A DNA stretch of 24,253 bases from a virus (taxonomy: Duplodnaviria; Caudoviricetes): IMG/VR virus record IMGVR_UViG_3300020043_000366, positions 1 through 24,253 of that record, one strand, 5' to 3'. The notes under the pieces are model-generated. The model searched no databases. It was given only the letters and a program-made list of their open reading frames with translations, and was not told the DNA's origin. The position numbers and the translations under genes are program-made. Shown piece after piece: positions 1 to 8,600 of the stretch (its first letter is position 1; each line of letters starts with the position of its first letter).

Positions 1-2
1 TT

Positions 3-1253
3 GCGTTTGAAGACCTCCTCGAAGGCTTCCAAGACGCGCTGGTTTTGTCTCGTCATGTCAACATCTACAACACAGATCAGACAATGATGGAACGCGCCAA
101 CAACACCATCTGGCGTCCCCAGCCTTACATTGCCCAGTCTATCTCCAGCACTCCTGGCACGACTATCGCTGGCCAATACCAAGGCATGACACAGTTGGCC
201 GTTCCTGCCACCTTGGGTTACAGCAAGACTGTGCCTTGGGAAATGACTGCCCTTGAGTTGCGCGATGCGTTGCAAGAAGGCCGTCTGGGTGAGAGCGCCA
301 AGCAAAAGCTGGCCTCTGACATCAACGTTGCCATCATGAGCTCTGCTGCAAACCTCGGCTCTTTGGTTGTGCCTATCGGTGGCGCTGCTGGTGACTATGA
401 CGATGTCTCTTTGTGCGACACCATCATGAACGAGCAAGGCGTGCCTGACTACGATCGTTTCATGGCTTTGTCTAGCCGTGACTACAACGGTCTGGCCGGT
501 AACTTGTCTCAAGCCAGCCGTTCGTTCGGCAATGCCAAGTCTGACAAGGCATACGAGCGCAACTACGTTGGCATGGTCGCAGGCTTCGACACCTACAAGA
601 TGGACTACGCAAACCGCTTGGCAGCTGCTGGCGGTGGTGGCTCGATCACCATCGACACAAGCGGTTCAGGCACACAAGCGAACTACGCTCCTCAAGCCAC
701 TTCCACAGCTGTGGGCGGCCAGATCAACGTGGACAACCGCTTCCAGACCGTGACCGTCTCCTCGACCACTGGCGTGGTTGCTGGCGATGCATTCAAGATC
801 GCAGGCGTGTACGCTGTGCACCACATCACCAAGCAAAGCACTGGTCAGTTGAAGACTTTCCGTGTTGTGTCTGTTGATTCCAGCACCACCATGACCATCA
901 CTCCTCCTATCATTGGCGCTCAAAGCGGTGCAACAGATGCTCAAAAGCAATACAAGAACGTGGAAGTCGATCCAGCTTCCAACACTTCTGCAATCACCTT
1001 CTTGAACGCAAACGCAGCTTCTGTGAACGTGTTCTGGCAGCGTGACTCCTTGGAAATCTTGCCTGGCCGTTACGCAGTGCCCTCTGACGCTGGTGTCGCA
1101 GTGATGCGTGCAAGCACAGACCAAGGCATTGAGTTGGTCTTGCAAAAGTGGTACGACATCAACAGCATGACGATCAAGTATCGTATGGACACGCTGTTCG
1201 GTGTGGTTAACAAGAACCCCGAGATGTCCGGCATCTTGTTGTTCAACCAGTAA
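3..1253 (+). CDS. Major capsid protein, P22 gp5 coat family (5'-truncated at window edge)
   Basis: Frame is open from base 3 (AFEDLLEGFQDALVLSRHV...). P22-coat-like motifs: MERANNTIWRP, insertion-domain GDAFKIAGVYAVHHITKQSTGQLKTFRVV, C-terminal YRMDTLFGVVNKNPEMSGILL. Followed by a terminator hairpin. Confidence 0.92.
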   Translation, partial: AFEDLLEGFQDALVLSRHVNIYNTDQTMMERANNTIWRPQPYIAQSISSTPGTTIAGQYQGMTQLAVPATLGYSKTVPWEMTALELRDALQEGRLGESAKQKLASDINVAIMSSAANLGSLVVPIGGAAGDYDDVSLCDTIMNEQGVPDYDRFMALSSRDYNGLAGNLSQASRSFGNAKSDKAYERNYVGMVAGFDTYKMDYANRLAAAGGGGSITIDTSGSGTQANYAPQATSTAVGGQINVDNRFQTVTVSSTTGVVAGDAFKIAGVYAVHHITKQSTGQLKTFRVVSVDSSTTMTITPPIIGAQSGATDAQKQYKNVEVDPASNTSAITFLNANAASVNVFWQRDSLEILPGRYAVPSDAGVAVMRASTDQGIELVLQKWYDINSMTIKYRMDTLFGVVNKNPEMSGILLFNQ

Positions 1254-1269
1254 TCCAGCAAAATAGACT

Positions 1270-1292
1270 GGGGGGCTTCGGCCCCCCTTTCT
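1270..1292 (+). terminator. Intrinsic terminator after the coat gene
   Basis: GGGGGGC-TTCG-GCCCCCC: 7-bp stem with C(UUCG)G tetraloop, followed by TTTCT, just after the coat stop. Confidence 0.8.
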
Positions 1293-1307
1293 CAATAGGA
1301 GCACACC

Positions 1308-1478
1308 ATGCCATTGACAAAAGGTTATTCAAGCAAATCCATCGGCAAGAACATCAAAGCCGAGAAGAAAGCAGGCAAGCCTATGAAGCAAGCCGTGGCC
1401 ATCGCATTGAATGTGGCCACCAAAGCAGCCAAGGCCGCAGGCAAGCCCAGCAAAGCGCCAAAGAAGGCCATGAAATGA
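1308..1478 (+). CDS. Small Lys/Ala-rich basic protein (56 aa), absent from ORF track
   Basis: AGGAG RBS then ATG 1308; MPLTKGYSSKSIGKNIKAEKKAGKPMKQAVAIALNVATKAAKAAGKPSKAPKKAMK*; stop overlaps next start (ATGA). Confidence 0.85.
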   Translation: MPLTKGYSSKSIGKNIKAEKKAGKPMKQAVAIALNVATKAAKAAGKPSKAPKKAMK

Positions 1479-1651
1479 AGTCCGGTCTCTATGCCAACAT
1501 TCACGCCAAGCGTGAGCGTATTGCAGACCAGAAGGCCGCAGGCAAGACACCTGAGCGCATGCGCAAGCCAGGCACAAAGGGCGCACCTACAGCCGCAGCT
1601 TTCAAAGCCGCAGCAAAAACAGCAAAGCCCATGAAAAGAAAGGCTAAGTGA
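1475..1651 (+). CDS. Small basic protein (58 aa), absent from ORF track
   Basis: MKSGLYANIHAKRERIADQKAAGKTPERMRKPGTKGAPTAAAFKAAAKTAKPMKRKAK*; coupled at both ends (ATGA, TGATG). Confidence 0.85.
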   Translation: MKSGLYANIHAKRERIADQKAAGKTPERMRKPGTKGAPTAAAFKAAAKTAKPMKRKAK

Positions 1652-1944
1652 TGCAAGACATCATTCTCATGCCAAGGTACGCAAAGAATAAAAAGCCTAT
1701 CAAGGTCCGAAAGCCATCCAAGCCCATCGACGGCATCAATCACAGATTGCTGCGTGAGCAGGCCGAGGCAGCGGCAAAAGCCGCTGAAACTCAGGCCATC
1801 GTTCCAGAAGACGATGCAGCGCCAACTCGCGAGGAACTTGAGGCCAAGGCCACAGAACTCGGAATTCGCTTTGATGGTCGCACAAAAGACAAAAAACTGG
1901 GACAATTGATCCAAGACAGATTGTCTGAGAACACAGGAGAATGA
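1651..1944 (+). CDS. Hypothetical protein with C-terminal HeH/LEM-like helical motif
   Basis: TGATG coupling; C-terminus PTREELEAKATELGIRFDGRTKDKKLGQLIQDRL resembles helix-extension-helix motifs often encoded next to phage coat genes. Confidence 0.7.
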   Translation: MQDIILMPRYAKNKKPIKVRKPSKPIDGINHRLLREQAEAAAKAAETQAIVPEDDAAPTREELEAKATELGIRFDGRTKDKKLGQLIQDRLSENTGE

Positions 1945-1945
1945 C

Positions 1946-2428
1946 ATGGGATGGACAAAACGCCAATTCGTCGCACAGGCCTTCGAGGAAATTGGCCTAG
2001 CCTCCTACGTCTTTGATCTGACCCCAGAGCAGTTGCAATCCGCACTGCGCAGGCTGGACACCATGATTGCAGCATGGAACGCACTTGGCATTCGCCTCGG
2101 CTACCCACTGCCATCCAGCCCTCAAGACAGCGATCTGGACGAGCAGACCAACGTGCCTGACTCATCCAACGAGGCCATCTACACAAACTTGGCCATCAAA
2201 CTGGCACCGAGCTACGGCAAGCAGGTCATGCCAGACACCAAGGCCACGGCCAAGGAGTCCTATAACACCCTGCTGTCGCGTGCGGCAATGCCAATGGAGC
2301 AACAACTCCCAAGCACAATGCCAGCAGGCGCAGGCAACAAGCCTTGGCGCGTATACGACAATCCTTTCATCCGTCCGCCAGTCGATCCAGTCTTGGCCGG
2401 TCAAGATGGCCCACTCGAATTCAACTGA
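1946..2428 (+). CDS. Head completion / tail accessory protein, P22 gp4-like
   Basis: TKRQFVAQAFEEIG, LRRLDTMIAAW, NLAIKLAPSYG and PSTMPAGAGN parallel P22 gp4 (NLACRIAPDY, PSRMPTGSGN); size and position fit; AGGAG RBS. Confidence 0.88.
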   Translation: MGWTKRQFVAQAFEEIGLASYVFDLTPEQLQSALRRLDTMIAAWNALGIRLGYPLPSSPQDSDLDEQTNVPDSSNEAIYTNLAIKLAPSYGKQVMPDTKATAKESYNTLLSRAAMPMEQQLPSTMPAGAGNKPWRVYDNPFIRPPVDPVLAGQDGPLEFN

Positions 2429-2440
2429 GGAAACACAATC

Positions 2441-2896
2441 ATGCCAACAATCAATCAACTATCAGGCATCAGCCAAGTCTCTGGCGGTGATCTGCTTCCG
2501 GTTTATGTCTCCAATAATGGTGATGCTCGCAAAGTTTCGATCACGCAACTGCTGCAATATTTTGAGCAGACCTTTGCAGCACCAACCGTGGCCACCAACC
2601 TGTACACACCAGGCACTGGCTTCAACATCACCGTTCCAACGCCTACCAGCGAACAGCAGTGGATGGTCATCCAGCCTGCTGGCACTCTGGCCGCAGGCAC
2701 AGTCACGCTGCCATTGAACACTGGCGTGCCTGATGGCACTCAAGTGCTGGTGACAACCACACAGATCATCACTAGTTTTACGCTTGCAGCCAATGGCGCA
2801 GCTAACACATATGGCGCACCAACAACATTGGCAGCCAATGCGTTCTTCACCATGCGCTTTTACCAAGCCACAAATTCGTGGTATCGCGTTGCTTAA
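2441..2896 (+). CDS. Putative virion structural protein (small fibre/decoration)
   Basis: Thr/Gly/Ala-rich, beta-type sequence ending WYRVA; N-terminus resembles that of the fibre at 12622; GAGGA RBS. Confidence 0.6.
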   Translation: MPTINQLSGISQVSGGDLLPVYVSNNGDARKVSITQLLQYFEQTFAAPTVATNLYTPGTGFNITVPTPTSEQQWMVIQPAGTLAAGTVTLPLNTGVPDGTQVLVTTTQIITSFTLAANGAANTYGAPTTLAANAFFTMRFYQATNSWYRVA

Positions 2897-2912
2897 TTCT
2901 TAGGAGAAAACC

Positions 2913-3206
2913 ATGTCTGTAGTCAATCAATTCAGTCAGCGCCTTGGCTCAAACCAAGTTGTCACACCTGCGGCAACATCCGCAAGCATTACCATCAACC
3001 AACAGGACAAAGCAGTCCGACTGGTCAACAGTGGTGCAAACATTTGCTATGTTCGCATTGGCGGTGGTGCAGCAACTACAGCTGACATCCCAGTTCGTGC
3101 AAACAGCGAGATCATTATTCGCAAATCTACTGAAGACACCGAGTTGGCTCACATCTCTGCTTCTGGCACCACATTGAATGTGGCCACAGGAGAAGGCGGC
3201 ATCTAA
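2913..3206 (+). CDS. Hypothetical small beta-rich virion protein
   Basis: AGGAG RBS, 97 aa, within the structural operon, TAATG-coupled to the next gene. Confidence 0.7.
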   Translation: MSVVNQFSQRLGSNQVVTPAATSASITINQQDKAVRLVNSGANICYVRIGGGAATTADIPVRANSEIIIRKSTEDTELAHISASGTTLNVATGEGGI

Positions 3207-3490
3207 TGGCCACCAAAGACTCAAGACTTGCTCGTGTTGGCGTGGAAGGCTACAACAAGCCTAAGCGCACACCATCGCATCCGACCAAAAGCCACGTTGT
3301 CGTGGCCAAGGCAGGTGACCAAGTGAAGACAATTCGCTTTGGTCAGCAGGGCGTGTCTGGGTCTCCAAAGAAGGAAGGCGAGTCCAAAGCAGACAAGACT
3401 CGTCGAGAATCATTCAAGGCCAGGCACGCTGAGAACATTGCCAAGGGCAAGATGAGCGCAGCGTACTGGGCCAACAAGGTCAAGTGGTAA
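3206..3490 (+). CDS. Basic hypothetical phage protein (IRFGQQG...SFKARH...SAAYWANKVKW type)
   Basis: 94 aa, K/R-rich, translationally coupled; motif pattern resembles recurrent uncharacterised viral basic proteins. Confidence 0.8.
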   Translation: MATKDSRLARVGVEGYNKPKRTPSHPTKSHVVVAKAGDQVKTIRFGQQGVSGSPKKEGESKADKTRRESFKARHAENIAKGKMSAAYWANKVKW

Positions 3491-3493
3491 GCC

Positions 3494-4906
3494 ATGCAAA
3501 TCCCAATCCTAAACGGCATCTACGCTGACAACACACCAGAACTTCGCACCAGCTATCCTGTCAATATGATTCCGGTGCCAAAGAAGTCTGGCATCAGCAA
3601 TGGATTCCTGCGACCAGGCGATGGCATTGTGGCTAATGGCACAGGACCAGGCATCGATCGTGGTGGCATTAATTGGAATGGTGTCTGCTACCGAGTCATG
3701 GGAACCAAGCTGGTATCTGTGGCCAGCAACGGTACTGTGACCACATTGGGTGATGTTGGTGGTCCAGTTGATACCTTGGTGACATTCGACTACAGCTTCG
3801 ATCTGCTAGCCATTGCGTCTGGTGGCCGTCTGTATTTCTGGGACCCAGTTTTATTAACTCTCACGCAAAACACCGACCCAGATTTGGGTGTGGTGCTTGA
3901 TGTGGCATGGGTGGATGGTTACTTCATGACCACCGATGGCGAGTTTTTGGTTGTCACAGAGTTGTCTGATCCATTGGTCGTCAATCCTCTGAAATACGGC
4001 AGTGCAGAAGCTGATCCCGATCCAGTTGTCGCACTGCTCAAACTGCGCAACGAAATCTATGCACTCAACCGAAACACCATAGAAGTGTTCGACAACGTGG
4101 GTGGTGAGCTTTTTCCATTTGCACGCATTGAAGGCGCTCAAATTCAAAAGGGCGTGATCGGCACATTTGGATGTTGCGTTTATATTGAGCGCATTGCATT
4201 TTTGGGTGGTGGCCGCAATGAAGCGCCAGGCATCTATGTTGGTGCAGCAGCTGTCACTCAAAAGATCAGCACGCAAGAAATCGACAATTTGCTCCTGCAA
4301 TATACAGAAGCGCAATTGGCCACTGTCAAGCTCGAAGCACGAAATGACAAAAACCATGAACACCTTTATGTGCACCTTCCAGATCGCACCATAGTCTATG
4401 ACGCATCGGCATCTGAAGCGCTTGGTGAACAAGTCTGGTTCACACTGACCACCACCGTGGTTGGCTTTTCACAGTACCGCGCACGCAACATGGTCTGGTG
4501 CTATGACAAGTGGCTGGTTGGTGATCCTCAATCCAACTCAATCGGATACTTTGTGCAAAGCACTGGTGAACATTGGGGGCAACAGGTGCGCTGGGAATTT
4601 GGCACGCTGATTGTCTACAACGAAAGCAATGGCGCAATCTTCAATGAGCTGGAGCTGGTCAGCTTAACCGGCAGCGTGGCCATTGGCACCAATCCACAGA
4701 TCAGCACTAGTTACTCGCTTGATGGAAAATCATGGAGCCAAGATCGCAGCATCAGTGTTGGAACCACAGGAAACACAGCCAAGCGCCTTGCATGGTTTCA
4801 GCAAGGGCATATGCGCAACTGGCGCATTCAGCGCTTCCGTGGTGATAGTGATGCCCACGTGTCATTTGTTCGTCTTGAAGCCCAGATCGAGGCATTGGTG
4901 TACTAA
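3494..4906 (+). CDS. Tail hub / packaged-DNA stabilization protein, P22 gp10-like
   Basis: 470 aa, similar in size to P22 gp10; YPVNMIPVPK..SNGFLR, GSAEADPDPVVAL..NTIEVF, ISTSYSLDGKSWS motifs; syntenic. Confidence 0.9.
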   Translation: MQIPILNGIYADNTPELRTSYPVNMIPVPKKSGISNGFLRPGDGIVANGTGPGIDRGGINWNGVCYRVMGTKLVSVASNGTVTTLGDVGGPVDTLVTFDYSFDLLAIASGGRLYFWDPVLLTLTQNTDPDLGVVLDVAWVDGYFMTTDGEFLVVTELSDPLVVNPLKYGSAEADPDPVVALLKLRNEIYALNRNTIEVFDNVGGELFPFARIEGAQIQKGVIGTFGCCVYIERIAFLGGGRNEAPGIYVGAAAVTQKISTQEIDNLLLQYTEAQLATVKLEARNDKNHEHLYVHLPDRTIVYDASASEALGEQVWFTLTTTVVGFSQYRARNMVWCYDKWLVGDPQSNSIGYFVQSTGEHWGQQVRWEFGTLIVYNESNGAIFNELELVSLTGSVAIGTNPQISTSYSLDGKSWSQDRSISVGTTGNTAKRLAWFQQGHMRNWRIQRFRGDSDAHVSFVRLEAQIEALVY

Positions 4907-6666
4907 TGGCAACCGCACCAACATCCCGAAAACTTAACCTAACGCGAGATCAACTCTCGCAGTTTTTGACTGATCAACAACAAATCAGACAGTTTGAGTT
5001 GTTATTTTCCGCTGTTGATGCACTTCAGGTCATTGTCGGAACTGACTTTGAGTACCAGGCAGACACAGCAGCGGCCACAGCAAATGAGGCTCTTGCACAA
5101 TTAAGTGCGCTGGCCCAAGACACCGCAGTCGAGGATGCTGTACTCAACGCCAAGGTGCAGCAGGCATTGGATGCCGTGGCTCAATTGGCTCGAACGCTTG
5201 AACTGATTGCAACTGCGCCAGCTATCGAAAACAACAACTCGGTGGTGACGGATTACATTGATTTCAACAGTAATGCTCCTTATCCTGTAAACAAGGTCGG
5301 AAGATTGCATTGGAATGGTGGATACACGCTCAACTTGGATATGACACCAGATGTCAATCAATCCATTGGCGAGGCACAGTATTACTACATCAAGGCATCA
5401 GCAGCTATTGCCAAAGGTGAGCTTGTGATGTTCGATGGCTCTGTTGGTGCGTCTGGCGTGCTCAAGGGCAAGCCATCGACTGGCGTGACAAACGGCCAGC
5501 TCATCATGGGTGTGGCCGCAGAAGCAATTGCAAACAATGGATTTGGATTGGTCTCCAGTTTCGGACTGGTGCGAGGTTTTAACACTACTGGCACACCATA
5601 TGGTGAGGTCTGGGCAGATGGTGACATTTTGTACTACAACCCATCATTTGCTGGTGGATTGACCAAGACGCAACCGACCGCACCACTTCCACACATTGTG
5701 GTGGCCGCAGTCGTCAATGCAGCCACAGCAGGTTCTGGCTCTGTCTTTGTCAGAGTTCAGGCCGAGCCATTGGTCAGCCAACTTTCTGACGTTTACGCAC
5801 CAACACCAGCCAATAATGATGTGCTGATTTATGACTCAGTCCAACAGCGCTGGGAAAATGCTCCTATAAGCACAGCTGGCGCAGTCACATCTGTCACAGG
5901 CACATCGCCTGTCGTGTCGTCTGGCGGCACAACACCTGCGATCAGCTTGGCTTCTGGATACGGTGACACTCAGAACCCCTACGCTGCCAAAACAGCCAAC
6001 TATGTGCTGGCCGCACCTAATGGCTCATCTGGTGTTCCTACATTCAGGGCTTTGGTGGCCGCTGACATTCCTGCGCTACCTTATGGAACTGGCACAGTCA
6101 CTAGCGTCTCTGTCGTGTCGGCCAACGGTTTTGCTGGCACTGTGGCCACGGCTACGACAACGCCTGCGATCACCATGTCGACAAGCATCTCTGGCCTGCT
6201 ATACGGAAATGGCACAGCGCTTGCAGCCACTACAGTTAGCGCACCACTGGCCTACTCCGCTGGAACACTGAGCATCACGCAATCTGGTACGGCCAGCAAT
6301 GGTTATCTGTCCAGCACCGACTGGAACACATTCAACAACAAACAATCGGTGTCTGCACCAGTCACAAAGACAGCTGACTTTACGGTTGCGGCCACTGAGT
6401 TATGGCTGATCAACAATAAGTCTGGATCGACTTGTACGGCCACACTTCCTGCGGCTTCATCTTACTCAGGCCGAGTGTTGCATTTTCAGAACTACCAGGC
6501 ACAGACACTAGTTTCAGCATCATCAAATGTCGTTCCATTGGCTGGTGGAGCTGCTGGAACGTCGATTCTCTTGGCAAGTTCAGGTGACTCTGCGACACTT
6601 GTGTCAGACGGAACTAACTGGCTGATGACACAATACATCCCGAACAATATCCTTCTTTTGGAGTAA
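4906..6666 (+). CDS. Tail needle-position protein (gp26 slot) with long fibre-like C-terminal extension
   Basis: Directly after gp10; N-terminal ~110 aa helical/coiled-coil, then S/T/G/A-rich fibre segments with repeated VTSV...TPAI motifs and a terminal LVSDGTNW knob-like domain. Confidence 0.65.
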   Translation: MATAPTSRKLNLTRDQLSQFLTDQQQIRQFELLFSAVDALQVIVGTDFEYQADTAAATANEALAQLSALAQDTAVEDAVLNAKVQQALDAVAQLARTLELIATAPAIENNNSVVTDYIDFNSNAPYPVNKVGRLHWNGGYTLNLDMTPDVNQSIGEAQYYYIKASAAIAKGELVMFDGSVGASGVLKGKPSTGVTNGQLIMGVAAEAIANNGFGLVSSFGLVRGFNTTGTPYGEVWADGDILYYNPSFAGGLTKTQPTAPLPHIVVAAVVNAATAGSGSVFVRVQAEPLVSQLSDVYAPTPANNDVLIYDSVQQRWENAPISTAGAVTSVTGTSPVVSSGGTTPAISLASGYGDTQNPYAAKTANYVLAAPNGSSGVPTFRALVAADIPALPYGTGTVTSVSVVSANGFAGTVATATTTPAITMSTSISGLLYGNGTALAATTVSAPLAYSAGTLSITQSGTASNGYLSSTDWNTFNNKQSVSAPVTKTADFTVAATELWLINNKSGSTCTATLPAASSYSGRVLHFQNYQAQTLVSASSNVVPLAGGAAGTSILLASSGDSATLVSDGTNWLMTQYIPNNILLLE

Positions 6667-6669
6667 ACC

Positions 6670-7005
6670 ATGACTGTATCAATCAAGGTGCTAATCCCAC
6701 CAAAACAGGCCGAAAATGCCCAAACTACGCAGTACACAGCAACCAACTGCAAGGCGATCATTGACAAATTCACGATCACCAATACCAACACAACAAATGT
6801 GACCATCAGCGTCAATTTGGTGACTGTTGGAGGAACGGCTGGCGCATCAAACCTGATCATGGACACTCGCGCCATTGCACCCGATGAGACCTATACCTGT
6901 CCCGAGCTGGTCGGTCAAGCGCTGGAGTCCGGTAGTTTCATATCCACTATTGCCAGTTCAGCCACATCGCTGACCATCCGCGCATCTGGCCGCGAAATCA
7001 CTTAA
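6670..7005 (+). CDS. Hypothetical beta-rich virion protein
   Basis: GGAG RBS, 111 aa, Thr-rich, in the tail operon. Confidence 0.7.
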   Translation: MTVSIKVLIPPKQAENAQTTQYTATNCKAIIDKFTITNTNTTNVTISVNLVTVGGTAGASNLIMDTRAIAPDETYTCPELVGQALESGSFISTIASSATSLTIRASGREIT

Positions 7006-7015
7006 GGAGAACAGC

Positions 7016-7417
7016 ATGGACAAATTTATGATGATGCCCAAGGGTTTCATGGGCCTGCCGATGGAGGAAGAATTCATCACCACAGCCGAGAACAAAAAAA
7101 ACACCCAGATCGCCATCGATGACTGGATGCTCGGCCCAGAAAACCCAAGCAACGAGCCAACGGCCAATAAGACCTACTGGATCGCTGTAGGCAAAGCCAT
7201 GCAAGTGGACGAAAAAGAGTCTCGTCGTCGTCGCTGCTCGAACTGCGAGTATTACGACAACAGCACCATGACACAGGCCAAGATGGAGCGCATCCCACGC
7301 AATGAGTGGGACACCGATGCTGGTTTTCGTGGCTACTGCACCAAATTCGAGTTCATCTGCCACGACCTGCGCGTCTGCCAGGCATGGGAAGAGCGTGAAT
7401 TTGAAATGGAAGATTGA
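7016..7417 (+). CDS. Cys-rich hypothetical protein (CxxC...C...C, HiPIP-like spacing)
   Basis: TAAGGAG RBS; CSNCEYY...GYCTKFEFICHDLRVCQAW. Confidence 0.75.
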   Translation: MDKFMMMPKGFMGLPMEEEFITTAENKKNTQIAIDDWMLGPENPSNEPTANKTYWIAVGKAMQVDEKESRRRRCSNCEYYDNSTMTQAKMERIPRNEWDTDAGFRGYCTKFEFICHDLRVCQAWEEREFEMED

Positions 7418-7442
7418 CCAAATGCTGAAATGTGGGAAAATA

Positions 7443-7475
7443 GAGCCGCTGAGTCTATCGGGCCGCCAGCAGCTC
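7443..7475 (+). promoter_or_regulatory. RNA hairpin upstream of the RBS of the DDxxD gene
   Basis: GAGCCGCTG (7443-7451) pairs with CAGCAGCTC (7467-7475) with one mismatch; AGGAG RBS at 7485-7489; no U-tract. Confidence 0.4.
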
Positions 7476-7495
7476 ACCCTGAATAGGAGTTGTGC

Positions 7496-7945
7496 ATGAT
7501 TGGTATCGAATGGCTCAAAGAGAACCTGCAAAGGGTTTTCATGCTGCCTGCGCCAGTCGTGGAATGGCTCGTAATGGTTTACGATGCCATTCAGGTGTTT
7601 GACGATATTGCCGATGGCGATACGGTCGAGCGCAAAGACCTGAATGCGACCATCTGGAACACACTGGTGGGAATGCACCAGAACCAATTTTTTATCACAA
7701 ACAGCCATCATCTCGTGCCATTGCTGGCAACAGCAATCATGAAGTGGCAAGCCTCTGATCATGCCGAGCGTGCAGGTGATGCCGATGCCAGATCATTTGT
7801 CTGGCGTGCAGGCTACTATGACCTGATTTTGATGGCCGTATCGCTCACGCATGGCCCAGGCTTTGCCACAAAAAATGCTCATCTGGTCATGGAGTTATAT
7901 GGCGAGAAATTTGAAGACTACATGAAGGAGTTCGGCAATGCCTGA
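7496..7945 (+). CDS. Alpha-helical protein with DDxxD motif; putative isoprenoid synthase / prenyltransferase fold
   Basis: ATG 7496 lies 6 nt after AGGAG; AIQVFDDIADGD (DDIAD at 7601-7615) at the end of a hydrophobic helix; overlaps the next gene by 8 nt. The CDS is solid; the function is inferred. Confidence 0.6.
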   Translation: MIGIEWLKENLQRVFMLPAPVVEWLVMVYDAIQVFDDIADGDTVERKDLNATIWNTLVGMHQNQFFITNSHHLVPLLATAIMKWQASDHAERAGDADARSFVWRAGYYDLILMAVSLTHGPGFATKNAHLVMELYGEKFEDYMKEFGNA

Positions 7946-8588
7946 TCCAGTCACAGCCCTAGTTGTTGGTGGAACCCAACTTGTTGGAAGTTCAATGCAG
8001 GCCAGCGCAGCTGGCGAAGCCGCAGGCATTCAATCCGGTGCGGCTCAAGCAGGAATTGAAGAACAGCGCAGGCAATTTGATGCCATGCGTGAATTGCTAA
8101 AGCCTTACACCGAGGCAGGCCTGCCAGCACTCGAAGCACAGCAAGCATTCCTTGGCCTCAAAGGTCCAGAGGCAGAACGTGCGGCCATTGAGCGAATCAC
8201 AGGCGGTGAGACATTCCAAGCACTTGCTGGCCAAGGCGAAGAAGCATTGCTTCAGCGTGCATCGGCCACTGGTGGCCTGCGTGGTGGCAATATCCAAGGT
8301 GCACTAGCTCAATTCCGTCCTCAACTGCTTAACTCATTGATTGAGCAGCAATATGGTCGCTTGGGTGGTATGACGCAACTAGGCCAGCGATCTGCTGCTG
8401 GTGTTGGCGCTGCTGGCATGGAGACAGGCACCAACGTGGCCAACTTGCTGTCTCAGCAAGGTGCGGCTCTGGCCGGTGGCGAACTTGGCCAAGCCAAGGC
8501 TTATGGTCAGCTCTTTAATCTACCTGCTCAAATGCTGGGCTTCCAGTATGGTGCAGGTGGCAAGGCTGGCGTAGGCTTCGGGTTCTAA
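7938..8588 (+). CDS. Ejection (DNA transfer) protein, P22 gp7-like
   Basis: 216 aa, G/A/Q-rich; QRRQFDAMRELLKPYTEAG and ASATGGLRGGNIQGALAQF match gp7-type pilot proteins; AAGGAG RBS. Confidence 0.82.
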   Translation: MPDPVTALVVGGTQLVGSSMQASAAGEAAGIQSGAAQAGIEEQRRQFDAMRELLKPYTEAGLPALEAQQAFLGLKGPEAERAAIERITGGETFQALAGQGEEALLQRASATGGLRGGNIQGALAQFRPQLLNSLIEQQYGRLGGMTQLGQRSAAGVGAAGMETGTNVANLLSQQGAALAGGELGQAKAYGQLFNLPAQMLGFQYGAGGKAGVGFGF

Positions 8589-8600
8589 AAGGAAAACAAC

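Noticed and set aside
6998-7762. 254-aa - strand ORF (and similar ones at 666-1304, 3854-4432)
   Set aside because: Antisense to well-supported + strand genes.
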